A stretch of DNA of 64,000 bases from Mytilus edulis. Its lineage: Eukaryota. Positions 27,165 through 40,200 of the stretch are shown one piece after another. The DNA lies in assembly GCF_963676685.1 (NCBI RefSeq), contig NC_092349.1:29140001-29204000 (forward strand), given 5' to 3'. The first letter of the stretch is position 1. The number at the start of each line of letters is the position of its first letter. The notes beneath the pieces are model-generated. The model worked only from the letters and a program-made list of their open reading frames with translations. It did not search any database and was not told the origin of the DNA. The position numbers were made by a program, and so were the translations under genes.

Positions 27165-28100
27165 CTAACACGCGGTAAAAATGTCCATAGTTAGATTGGA
27201 CAAAGATACATCGTATGGATCAACCAATTCGTGATGGTGGCCGTGCAATTTATGGAGTGTCATTTTTAATCTGTCCTCCTCATAATTTTGTTGGTGCAGT
27301 TTCTGCGTTATGAGCACGCTCCTGTATATGCAGTCCGTATAGTGTGAACATGCACGAGCATAACGTATCAATTGAGATATGTTAACACCATACGAAGGGG
27401 CAGAGGGTATGTTACTGCTGATCAATGGTAAATTGATAATTGGGAAGTTGAAATCGTCCCGTTTATCATAGATTTTCGTGTGAAGTCATCCATCGTCCAA
27501 TGTGTTAATATTGAGGAAAATATCAAGGTATGAAGCAGTCCTTCTAGTATCAGTAGTATCCCTAATTCCATTTTCACTGGGATATATGAAATGCAAGTAC
27601 TGGCTGAAATATTGGTTATTCAATGATAGGACATCATCAACATATAGGAAAGTGAAATTAAAGAATTTAGCAAGGTGCTTTTTCTGTTTGTCTTTTAGAA
27701 GTGTTTGAATGAATTCTGCTTCATACGAGTACAAAATCAAATCGGCTAGTAGGGGAGCACAATTAGTACCCATTGGAATAACGATTGTCTGTTGAAATAT
27801 GAATCCTCCAAACTCAACAAATATGCTGTCGATCAAATAGTCCAGTATTTTGATAATATCATCTTCAATATATTTTCTGGTTGATTCATTGTGGTTCTTT
27901 AAGAATATAAATTATTATAACCCAAAAACAAGAAATTTGTATCTACGATTCCATTTTTATAGAAATAGCTTTGTTTAATGAGATGATGGAGTTGATCTTT
28001 TAACTGCGTATGGGGAAAAGTAGTATAAAGCGTAGAAAAATCAAAAGTCTTTATGTTGTTGCAAAATTCCAAAGCTTGTGATGGAAGATTAAGCAGCAAC
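27165..28100 (-). pseudogene. Penelope-like reverse transcriptase pseudogene
   Basis: IKTFDFSTLYT, IPMGTNCAPLLADL, YVDDVLSLNN, YDKRDDFNFPI, SNIPSAPSYG..ISQLIRYARACS; several frameshifts; no endonuclease domain seen after the RT thumb. Confidence 0.9.
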
Positions 28101-31100
28101 ACTCAGCAAAAAAAGGTGGAGACAACTCCAATTAAATGTCAACGTAACCTTTGTATATATCTAACGATACGTCCAAACATACAATTAAGAAAACATAATT
28201 TGTCGCTATCTTGTATGGTATCTTATGATAAGTGATGATAAGCCAAAATAGATAAAAAAAAAAAACAAAAAAAAAAAAAAAAACCAAAAAAAAACACTTG
28301 ACATTGACCCCCTTCTTCGAACTTATTTTCATTTTGGTGAAACAAGGACCTGAAATTAAAGACCCTATCACCCATGGTTCACGGGTTACAAATGCTATCC
28401 CTTATTTCGGCAAAATGCGTTGGATCGATAAAAAAAGCAATTTGGTAAAGTAAATTTGTCGTAATCTTTTACGGTTACAAATGAGTAGTCTGCACAAAAA
28501 CAATCAGTGTTCAGAGAAATAAGTCTCACAAAGTAAAGTGTTCGGTTAAACAGTGTAATTTTTAAAAGCTTATAAACTGGTCGATATCATAGCAAATACT
28601 TAAATGATCAATTTTGAAACAATACTGCTGAAGAACAAAATATCGATAAAAAATAATTATAATTAAAAACTATTTGTTCAGAAAACAATTGCCAGTCTTT
28701 CCAACCCACTGTACATATTTTGGTAGGACAATATTCACTTCAAGTTTAAAATGTCAATTATGCTGCCAGATGGTAGTTAAATGTACAATGATTCCAAAAA
28801 TTTATAGATGTTATATACTTTTGCTAAAATAAGGGAGATGAGTAGGCACTTCTGATTCCTAAAATTTTCACTACTGGTTTACGGTCACAAAGCAACGACC
28901 TTAAACTTAAAGACCTTTACTATATGTGTTACTAGAAATATCAACATCAAACATTTGGAACATAAGAGGGATCAAACTACCATGGATTTTCAATGTACCC
29001 TTTCAACTAAAATTGACATTATCATATTTTGAATGAACCAAAAAACCAAAATCAGAAGACCCCAGGACTCTATCACTTGTTGATTACCAGTTACAAATGC
29101 ATGTTCCTCATACAAAATACAGAAGGGAAATAACTTCATATATTGAGTCTGTTTTTTGCTTTGAACCAATGAGAACAACATCTTGAAGATATAACGAGCA
29201 ATAAGAAATAATAATTTTTCTCTGTTTCTTTTACGATTTCAAAAAAGTAGTAATAACAAGTAAAACCGTGTTCGGGAAGATAACTCGTATAAAGAAAACT
29301 TTTTGATCATTCAGAGAGAAAAAAAAAACACCAATAACTGTTCGATGTCATATGTAAAATATCTAATCGACATATTTCGAAACAAAAAAAAACTCTGCAG
29401 CAAACAAATATGGAGGAAGAAGAAAAATAACAATGAGAACAAATCTCAACGAAAAGGGACTTTTATCCAATTGAAAACAATTGTTAAGAGAACAATTGAA
29501 TGTGTTTACACCCCAAAAAATATCTAGACTAGAAACTAAACAATCAACAAAATATGTGGTACTTTAGATGATGAATAACGTCAGTACCTGGTTTGTTTTT
29601 TACCTTATGATTATCACGTATCATTTGAACAGTTGATACGGAATATCTATCAATAAGGTTTGGTACCTGCCGATGGATTTTTTTTTACAAAAAGAAACGC
29701 GAAGTTCTTTGCCATAACCCTAGTTTATCAACTTTCTGTTAAGGCACTTCTAAAATTAATACAAGTCTGTGGGTATAAAACTAAAATTCAAATTATATTG
29801 AGCATAAAACTTTAGCAATATTTTTTATTTTCTTTTAAACTTTGTACGTATAATCGATGTTTTACGTTGTTTACCAGTTCTTTGAAAACGATATTTGAAA
29901 TTTTTTTGTTTTAAAAATATTGCATAGGGCGTCAACCAGTCCTTCCCAAAAATGACCGCCAAAGATCTACTGGGATGGTTGATGCCGAAATCAGTGTTGC
30001 CGACGTCGCAGGTCATTAAATTTGAATAGTTCAACAGTTTGGAGGGTAATACATAGATACAGACAAATTCGAACTGCAAAGGATTGACAAAGTTGATACC
30101 AAGACCTCAATCCGATCAAACATGTATGGGATCTGTTGAACCGACACATCCATAAAAATCCCGGTGATTTTCACACACAATTAAAAAGAATTTGAAAATG
30201 CACTGATTAGGAAATGAAATGCGATTCCAAAATGGCAAAATCTAAAGATACTAAATGGAATGCGAAATCAATAACAATCGTCATCGATGCACATAAAGCA
30301 TGAACGAGATATTGATTTTGAATAATACTGTCCTATTTCCACACTGTGACGCTACATTCCTAGTGAATGTGCGTGATAAACATTGATGTTGCTTCTGACT
30401 TTTCATACTTCCATTTTGTTATTTTTATAATCATATGTTGTTCAGTTTTTGAAATAAACTAAAATTCATTTTGGGCTCACTAATATCATAAAATCTAATC
30501 TAATCAGGTTTACAAAAGCATTGGATTATTAAGTTAAATAAGGACAACTAGGTAATATAAATGGCATTTTGAAAATATAAAACAATAAATCACCTATGTC
30601 ATTGTTTTGTTAGAATAATATATGTGATAGTCGAAGAAACAATAAAAATTCAGGTTAGACATTCGATAAATAAAACACACAAAATATATATATTATTGGT
30701 GAACAAGTTAAAACTTTTTTATTTGAAAATGAATTTAGCAAAATTCCTTTGTTTTATTCAAACTGGGACAATAAAAACACAAAATTAATCTATGAAGCTT
30801 TAAATGATACAAAGAAAAACGACATTTGTTTCCATCGTGTTAGAAAACCGTTGATTATTCATCAGGGAATGTATTACGATCGGAATCATATATTAAGTTG
30901 ATAGTGCATTTAATTAAAACCATTGTTTTTAAAAATTCTACATCTTGTCGACGATCCGCAAAGATTCCCATCTTCAGACTTTATTAAAAAAAAAGTAGTA
31001 GCTGTATATACATGCGTTTATTAATGATAAAGCCTTGTTTTAATGTGTCTGTGCATTTGGAATAACAAATAAACTTAAACTAAGACAACGATTCTTAAAT

Positions 31101-31305
31101 GATTATTTATCTTTGATTCCTATAAAATCTCAATGATTTGGGTATACGTATGTTTTGGCATTTCGAATATTCTAGATACATAACGTTTTTTCACTCTTAA
31201 GATTAGAGTACTTCGCTGAGATGAGTATTGCAACATTATGTTAACATTGATTTTGATAAAAGATTCAACAAAAAATCACAATGTGTACAAAACGTCATCA
31301 CGTAC

Positions 31306-31410
31306 CTTAGTTTCTTTATTTGGATCTATATCTGCCCTTTCTAATAACAATTGTACTATGTCGAGATGTCCATACCTAGCAGCTGAATGTAAGGGAGTAT
31401 CACCATTATA
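31306..31410 (-). CDS. Ankyrin-repeat exon (YNGDTPLHSAARYGHLDIVQLLLERADIDPNKETK)
   Basis: 105 bp, ttttag|...AAG|gtacgt, phase 0-0; missed by the ORF track. Confidence 0.9.
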
Positions 31411-32208
31411 CTAAAATGAAAAGATTGCAAGGTACATGGCATCATATAAAAGTTAACAAAAACCATCCATACAAATAAGTACAGTACAAAAAAGTTACAT
31501 TTGAATACATATCAATGAATTTCAAACTGATTTTTGTGAATCGTAATTTTGTGAAAACTGTAAATGAGGTTTATGTTAATTATCTGTTTAAATGAAACAT
31601 GTTCATAGTGATCTGTATTCAAATCGAAATATCAGTGACAAAGGTTGTCTTTTTTCCAGAAATTCAATCGTTCTGTGTGTTTTCCCCAATCCCCCACAAA
31701 CAAAAACCTGAGTGCCTTGGTACATGTATGGCCATTATTGTTCATGGCGTCAAACACAACAAACAAATACACAACAATATCATTGTAAGTTGTATCACAC
31801 TTGTAGAATAACAGTTGGTATCATTACGGACAGATTGGAAGAAAGAGGTTACAATAAAGGCAATCAAAATAGGACAAGAAATAGTTAAAGTTGTCAAAAT
31901 TATATAACAGAAACAGACAAGCTGCTTACATTTACGTCATTTGTGACGTAGTTGAAAGTTGTTTGGTAAGCAATCATATCACATATACTTTCTTTCATAT
32001 GTATCAGGATATGTGTAATTTAGATATCGTTTTTTTTTCTTTTTATTGGAAGTCTAAAATCATTTAGCAATTGTACTACTTGACTAATGTATTCATATCT
32101 TATGGGAGTTTGTATATTTCAATAAAACATTATTAGTTTTATTCTTATTTTGGTTTAATGGACGATTTTACAAAGTTGGACTATCCTATAAAGAACGTCA
32201 TCAATTAC

Positions 32209-32310
32209 CTCATTTTCTTTATTCGGATCTATATTTCTTCTTTCTAATAACAATTTAACTACGTTGATGAATCCACCTTTAACAGCTGCGTGTAAGGGAG
32301 TTTCACCATA
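32209..32310 (-). CDS. Ankyrin-repeat exon (YGETPLHAAVKGGFINVVKLLLERRNIDPNKENE)
   Basis: 102 bp, ttttaag|...GAG|gtaatt, phase 0-0; missed by the ORF track. Confidence 0.87.
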
Positions 32311-32876
32311 CTTAAAATAAAAAGTTAACAATGTTCATATTATCATACAGACTTATAAAACAAACCCTGTCATACAAATGATTAAAGTACAAAACAAAAC
32401 ATTGGCCATCAATTTGAGATCGGTGAATTTCAAAATAGTTTTTCTTAATCGCATTTTTTGCTGAGACTGTTAATAAACTGTGTATTCGAATCCCATTGAA
32501 TATAACAGAAAATAGTTTGTTCTGTTTGTGTACTCCATGCAACCAGCAATATAATGGTAAGTTGTATAACACTCATAGTATAACAGTTGGTTGCATTACG
32601 GACAGATTTCAAGAAATAGGTCGGAGTCAAGGCAATCGAAATAAGATATAGTTAAATTTGTTAAAATGTTGCTGCAAAAGCAACCAAACTGCTAACATCC
32701 ACGACATGTGTAACGTAGTTGAAAGTTGTAGCACTGGCTATCATATCACATCTTATATTAATAAAGATAAGACTTGGTATTTACTTTAACATCACTTTCT
32801 TGTTTAACTCAATTATATTTAAAACTGTATGTACAGTAAGAAAAAAAAAGGAAAGCGATACCGTCTAAATGTAAAT

Positions 32877-32918
32877 GTTCCGAAACGAATTTCAGAATTT
32901 ACCTTCATCAAGAACTCT
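32877..32918 (-). ncRNA. Degenerate hammerhead ribozyme remnant
   Basis: GTTC TTGATGA AGGTAAATTCT GAAA TTCGT TTC GGAAC; core C3 changed to T. Confidence 0.5.
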
Positions 32919-34941
32919 TCAAGCCGAATATTTGAAAGGCAAATATTGAACTTGTATTTCCCTGTAACATTTGGACTATTGTCATTTCTATTTTTTTTCT
33001 ATTTTCGACAGCTATGTGTATGTTTAAAAGTACATAACATGAATAGAAATGTTAACATGTTAAAAGCTTATACATACATCTGTTTGAAGTACGAACCTTA
33101 ATGATATACTTTGTACTGTTGTTATTTTACTTTTCTAAGTTAAAGTTCATCACATATACATGATTAAACTCTGATAATATCAACTTCGATATGAAGGTTA
33201 CATGTTTACTTTCATTTATATTTACATAATCCGGAAACCAAAAGAGTCTGCTGTAGATACAATAAGACGAGGTGATCAACTTCACTGGTTTACAATGACA
33301 TATGTTCTTGACTTGGTATATGCAATTTTTAAAGAAAATGTTGGCGTTTATGTGGTGTATAGCTCGCTCAATCCCCACATTATATGACAATTATATATAG
33401 TTCAATTATATTGATAATGTTGCTTGATCAATCAAAACAATCAAAATTGTTTGACGTGACATTAATTGGGATCCAGCTGCATATATAGTATACCTACATT
33501 ATATCAACCTTTTTTTTAAATCATGACAAACTAACATTTAAAACTAGCAAAGACGTCAACATACAACGAGCGTCTGTACATGATAGTTAATAGTAAATCA
33601 TAATAAAACATAAAACAACGCGACATACAGTTTGATTAAAATAAAATAGAAATACGAAGAACAAAAATCAAGTTTCGCTATGCAATTGTCATGTGTCGAG
33701 TCACCCCTCTAGATTTAGTATATTCAGGAAAACCACAACATATGCAACACGAAATCCGTATCAACATATTCATAGTCACGTCAAGAGTCACTTGAGCATA
33801 AGGGACATAATAGTAAGAATACAAATAAACGGAAAACTGCAAAAGTAATTACATGATACACAACGTCAACCCTAAAAACAACACCTCAAGTCCATCCTGT
33901 ATTGTTTGTGATACGTGGTACGTTTTGAGGAACTTTTTGAGAGAATGGCTTATTAGTGTTTTGCTAAGACACCAATAACGTTTGTTTTCCATTCGTTTGA
34001 TGTGTTTTATCATTTGATTTTGACATTTGGTTAGGGACTTTTCGTCTTGCATTTTCCGCGGAGTTCAGTATTTTTGTGATTTTACTTTTTCACAAAGTCT
34101 GAATTGTATACGGGATACGTGGGTTAATTTGATATACTTGTTGCAATAGTCAAAATCCAAATCACACCTAGAGATAGCTTTCTCCTGCATGTATTTACTT
34201 TATATCGAGTGTTCAATATTTTTTGTATGGTTAAAAAAGAAGATGTGGTATGAAGAAGTGGTGTCTACATTTTAACCCTTAAAGTTCTAAAATAACTTCA
34301 GAGGCATTGACAGTCTTTACATATAAGTAAAGGCATATTTAGCAAACTTGTATTGAACTTTGAAAATGTTAATTAATTAATATATGCTGTTTTATAGGTG
34401 TAATACCACCAAATCATGGTACGTCATATCCGGTTGTATACGAAAGTAGGCATCAACAAAGATTCCCTTGAATTTGACAGTTGTAGAAAATTAACCCTGC
34501 ATTTTAATGCACTTTCATTTTTCTGAGTCATAAACATGTATGTTGGGTGTCTAAAAGCATCATTCTTTTCTTTTGTGATGGTCTTATAAAATATTTTGGA
34601 ACATTAAGGTTACATAGTTACCAAAGCAAGTAACCAGTAAATACCAGTGTAAAAATTGGGTATTTTGTTGAAACTGTTAATCAAGATTAAGGTAATAACG
34701 TGTCTACATAGAACACGTTCATTGTGATCTGTATTCAAATTCCGTTTACCAATATTGACATAAGTTGCCTGTTTTCCAGAAGTTCTGTTGTTCTGTGTGT
34801 TTATTTCAGCTTCACCCACCAACAAAACCTTAGTAACCTTGGTATAGTCATTATTGTTCGTGGCCTCAAACGGAACCAACAACTACACAGCCATATTATG
34901 GTAAATTGTATCAAAACAACATTAACGGTACCAATTTTTCT

Positions 34942-34985
34942 GCACCAGATGCGCAATTCGACAATACTTGTCTCTTCAGTGATGC
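34942..34985 (-). ncRNA. Type I hammerhead ribozyme, core mutated (GAAA to GAAT)
   Basis: GCATCA CTGAAGA GACAA-GTA-TTGTC GAAT TGCGC ATC TGGTGC. Confidence 0.8.
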
Positions 34986-35291
34986 TCGTGGCCAAAATAT
35001 GTAAAACCCAAAGCATATATAAAAGATGAAGAGGTATAATCCAAAAGTTCCAAAAAGTATATCCAAATCCGTGAAAGGAATCAGAGCTTTGCATGAGGGA
35101 GATACATTCATTAGTTTATATTTTTTTTTTAATATTTTGTAACAGCAAAATCAATAACACAAGAAATCCGTATTTTCATGCCAGTACCGGAGTACTGGCT
35201 GCTGGCCTGGTGATACCCACGGAGACTAACAGTCCACCAGCAGATGCATCGACCGAGTGGTAGTAATACCATTAACGGTACCAATTTATCT

Positions 35292-35335
35292 GCTCCTGAT
35301 GCGCATTTTGACAATACATGTCTCTTCAGTGATGC
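35292..35335 (-). ncRNA. Type I hammerhead ribozyme, core mutated (GAAA to AAAA) and stem I weakened
   Basis: GCATCA CTGAAGA GACA-TGTAT-TGTC AAAA TGCGC ATC AGGAGC. Confidence 0.75.
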
Positions 35336-35608
35336 TTGTGGTCGAAATATGTAAAATCCAAAGCTTATAAAAAAGATGAAGAGCTATAATCCAAAAGTTC
35401 CAATAAGTATAGCCAAATCCGTGAAAGGAATCAGAGCTTTGAATGAGAGAGATACATTCATTAATTTATAATAATTTTTAATATTTTGTAACAGCAAATT
35501 TAATAAAACAAAAAATCCGTATTTTCATGCCAGTACCGGAGTACTGGCTACTGGCCTGGTGATACCCACGGAGACTAACAGTCCACCAGGAGAGGCACCA
35601 ATTTGTCT

Positions 35609-35652
35609 GCACCAGATGCGCATTTCGACAATACATGTCTCTTCAGTGATGC
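35609..35652 (-). ncRNA. Type I hammerhead ribozyme with intact core
   Basis: GCATCA CTGAAGA GACA-TGTAT-TGTC GAAA T-GCGC-A TC TGGTGC: 6-bp stem I, 4-bp stem II, minimal stem III with palindromic GCGC loop; AUC cleavage site predicted between 35615 and 35614. Confidence 0.9.
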
Positions 35653-36261
35653 TCGTTGCCAAAATATGTAAAACCCAAAGCTTATAAAAAAGACGAAGAG
35701 TTATAATCCAAAAGTTCCAAAAAGTATGGCCAAATCCGTGAAAGGAATCAGAGCTTTGCACGAGGGAGATACATTCCTTAATTTATAATATTTTTTTTTA
35801 TATTTTGTAACAGCAAATTGATTAACACAAAAAATCCGTATTTTCATGCCAGTACCGGAGTACTAGCTACTGGGTGGTGATACCCTCGAGGACTAACAGT
35901 CCACAAGCAGAGGCATCGATGCAGTAGTACTAATAACATTAACGGTACCAATTTGTATGCACAAGATGTATAGTAAATTTTCATAGTAAATTGTATCACA
36001 AGCTTCTTATGTCATTAGTGATGTAGTTGAAAGTTGTTTTATTGACAATGATATCACATTTACTTTTTTAATGTGTATCAGGATATTTGTAATTTAAACA
36101 TTTTTTTTTATTCGATTTCTCAAACGATTGAGCAATTACTCGACCAATCTATTCATACCGTTTTTTTTTTTTTACTATTTGTATATTTAAACAAAATAAC
36201 AGCTCTCTTCTTATTTGGTTTTGATTGAAGATTTAACAATGTACAGAACGACATTATGTAC

Positions 36262-36325
36262 TTAGTCTATATCTTCTCTTTCTAATAATAATTTAACTAT
36301 GTTAATGAATTCACCACTAATAGCT
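36262..36325 (-). pseudogene. Disrupted ankyrin exon (..AISGEFINIVKLLLEREDID*)
   Basis: Homologous to the 19454 and 32209 exons; internal deletion creates a stop; 5' part replaced by a retroelement fragment. Confidence 0.75.
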
Positions 36326-36703
36326 TAATTTTACGGACGCCATCACGAGTTGGTTGACCGTTATGGAATAACCGTTTCACAAATGATATCGGATATGTTC
36401 CTTAAGTCGTAACTACAATCCCCTTCCCTTACATAAATGTGACTACCGCATTAGACTATTAACCGGATTTGTTATAACATAAGCAACATGACGGGTGCCA
36501 CATCTGGAGCAGTGTCTGTTTACCCTTCGGGAGAACATGAGACCACCCCTAGTTTTGGTGGGGTTCGTGTTTCTTTAGTTTTCTATGTTGTGTCATGTGT
36601 ATTGTTGGTTGTTTGTTCTTTTCATTTTTTGCCATGGCATTGTCAGTTTATTTGATTTGATTTATAAGTTTGACTATCCCTTTGGTATATTTCGTCCCTC
36701 TTT
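36326..36703 (+). mobile_element. 5'-truncated Penelope-like element (RT C-terminus plus 3' end)
   Basis: FYGRHHELVDRYGITVSQMISDMF; reverse-complement similar to ~20667-21055. Confidence 0.8.
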
Positions 36704-37200
36704 TAAGGAAGTGTCATAAAACTGAGAAAAAAATGTATATTAAACGTTCTCATAGTGATGTGTATTCGTACCCCAATCAATTAACAAAGGTTGTTTTTTT
36801 CCTAGGAGTTCAGTTGTTCCGTGTGTTTTTTCATACTTCACCAACAAAAATGGTCATTATTGTCCGTGGCGTCAAACTCAACAAACAAATACACAACAAT
36901 ATCATTTTTAGTTGTATCGCACTTGTAGTATAACAATGTGTATCATAACGGGCAGATTTGAAGAAAGAGGTTACAATTAGGCAATCGAAATAGGACAAGA
37001 AATAGTTAACGTTGTCAAAAGTATATAACAGAAACAGACAAGTTCTTACATAAACGTCATTTGTGACGTATTTGAAAGTTGTTTCGTAAGCAATCATATC
37101 ACATTTACTTGTTTTAACATGTATCAGGATATGTGAATATCATTTTTGTCTGTTTATTAGGTGTGTCAAACGATTAAGCAATTGTACTACTTGATTAAAT

Positions 37201-40200
37201 AATAACTTCGGTACATAATTAATAAATTTTGTACACACAATATGCTCATGGTGATATGTATTCGAATCCCTTTTCAATTGATAAACATTGCTAGTTTTCC
37301 AGAAAGTCGGTTGTTCTTTCTGTTTCCTACAGGTTCATTCACAAACATTGTAAAACAATCTGACAATAGCAACTATTAAAAACCGCAGATGTGTAAAGTA
37401 TTTATTCAACCAATTACGTAAAAATAGGAACAATATTTCCGACAACCTATACCATTACAAGACATAACAAACAAATACAGACCTTTGTCTGCTTGAATTG
37501 TTCCATGGGTTATTGTAAATAGGCAGTATTTTGCAAAAACCAATATAGATAATTGAGATCTTAAGTGTCCGTGAAAATATGCTTCATGATTGTTAGATAC
37601 AATAATGTACTAACGATGACCTCAAAGGTGAAATCAGAATGGTGAAGTCTTAAAAACTGTCAAAACCAATGGAAGGACCTGACAGAAACTGACATATTCT
37701 TGACTTGGTATAGGCAATTTTAAAAGAAAATGCTGGCGTTAATGTGGTTTATAGCTCGATCAAACTCCCATTTACATGACAATTATATATAGTTCCAGTA
37801 TATGGATAGTGTTGCTTGATCAATCAAAACAACCTAAATTGTTTGACGTGACAATAATTGGGATCTAGCAGCATATATAGTATACATACATTATATCAAC
37901 TATTTGTTTTAGATCATGACAAACACACAGTCACAACTAGCAATGATATCAACACAAAACAAGCGTCTTGAGGAGATACTTAATAGAAGTTCATAATCAC
38001 ACCTTAAAACAATACAGTTTGATTTAAGTAAACTATTGCTACGAGGCACACAAATCAAAGCCCGCTATACAAATAGCATGCATCCGAGTCAAACCTTTAG
38101 ATTCAGCACAATCGGGAAGCCAAAAAATCTAAAACACTAAAGCTGTATCATCATATACATAGTCATGTCAGGAGTCTAACGACCATAAGGAAAATAATAG
38201 TAAGAATACCAATCTACGGAAAACTGCAAAAGTAATGATATGATACAGTGTCAAATACTGAAATCATTAACTCAAGACCATCCTGTATTATTATAAACTG
38301 TATATTCAAGCTAATCAATGTTGCCACGGCAGAATTAAAAACCAATTGACAAGTACATGATACAGTTAATGAACTATTGGAAAAAAACAATCCATCAAGG
38401 CCCTCTCACCTGTGATTATAATGCAAAACTTACATTTCACATTTTTGTTTATAAGATAAACATATGCAAAAACTACTAGAAGATAATAGAGTCCAACTGT
38501 TGAGAAATATAGGATTTGCAAGTGTTTCTGTAATATATACATGTTCTTTTATTGATATAACTGTAATTGTCGCGAAAGAATATAATTAACATATGTGCAT
38601 TCCCGTGTCCTTCATTCGTTTATGTTAGAGATCAAAATTTGAATATGCAATAATGAGTCAATGAGTATGATCAGTTTCTTTATTATTTAAATGCCATAGA
38701 TAAATCTAGCAATTGATTCAGAATAAATATTTGAAAACGAATGTCTACTTTCTTCTACAAAAAATACAACTTAAGAAGATTTTTGATGTTTGGTTATGTT
38801 GAAATGGTTGAGATGAATTCACTGATTCTGAAAAAAAACCTTTGTCCCGTTACCATTTCACGAATGTGAACTACTAAATTAGATTATTTACTGTCTTTGT
38901 TATAACATGAGCAACACGTCGGGTGCCAGACGTGGAGTAGGTTCTGCTTAAACTTCTGGGCACCCCAATATTTTGGTGGTATTCGCGTTGCTGCTGTACC
39001 CCAAGTGTGTCTTTGTTTTGTTTATGCATCGTTGTCAATATAATGGAATTTTATGCGACTGTCGTACAAGAGAGAGGTTAAGTACTATTAAACCAAGTTC
39101 AGACCACCATTTTCTACATTTGAGTGTGTCTGAACCAAATCACGAATATGACAGTTGTTGACCATTCGTGTAATGTGTGTTATTATTTGATTTTGCCATT
39201 TGAATTGGGACTTTCCGTTTTGAATTTTTCTCGGAGTTCATTATTTTTGTTATTTTACTTTTTATAGATATGTTGCAACTAAACAACATGTAAAAATTTG
39301 TATATGAAATTGTCGACAACAATGAATATCGCTTAATAACATTTTGAATAAAATTGAGAGTGGAAACATTGATCATGTGGATTGTGTCACAAAGACAAAA
39401 GAAACAAGCAGAAAATATCCCAAGCTACCAACGGGTCTTATACACAGCGATAAAAATCCCTGACCTGGTGGTTAGCTTTAGCTGGTTTTGAACAATAATG
39501 ATAACTAGTTCTGAGAAAATGGAGGTCACACTAAACTCCTAAACAGATATATGAACCAGAATTTAAAAACGAACCATACAAGATTAACAAAGGCCAGAGG
39601 AACCTGATTTGGAATAGGCAGAAAAATGTCCGAGTTCGATGTTTGAGGAAACATCCATATAGACTGTAAATTCAGAAATTATTGCTTTGTTTTAATTAAT
39701 GCGAAAAAGGTGACAGGGGGGTTATAATCGCAATGATTTAAACTTTCTTTTTTCGCATTTCTTTTTTATATAAATTTTAATTATGAAATTTGTCAAAATC
39801 GAAAAAATCAAAATTGTATTTCAGTCTAAACCGATAAAATCGCAATGATAAATGCACGCGATAATTTCTGAATTTCCAGTATCAAAGAAAAACAAATGTA
39901 TTAAAAACGAATTGTGCAGAGAACAATTTAAGGTCTTACCACCACAAAATGCACATATTTTGATTGAAAATGTTTACCTCCAGTTTTAAATGTCAATTCT
40001 GGTGTCAAAAATACAGCTAAATGTACATTGTTTTTTTATGAAACAAATATGGTTTCTATATACTTTTGATACACAATAAGGGAGAATGGTAGGTACTTCT
40101 GATTTTAGATTTGGTAAAATTTAAACATTACTTTATGGACTTTCCCAATTGATCTTCCTCTAAGTTCAGTATTTTTGTGATTTTACTTTTTACACTGATT

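Larger units (their letters stand above)
22268..30527. repeat. Segmental duplication, ~8 kb part (paralog ~37201-45087)
   Basis: Long collinear similarity that includes the same MITE, RT pseudogene and unique spacer DNA; both copies end ...AAAAGCATTGGATT. Confidence 0.93.
34919..35969 (-). mobile_element. Retrozyme-like tandem array: ~3 monomers of ~350 bp, each with a type I hammerhead ribozyme
   Basis: Periods 350, 317, 350 bp; hammerhead motifs at 34942, 35292, 35609; candidate TSD GTAAATTGTATCA at 34901-34913 and 35986-35998. Confidence 0.88.
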
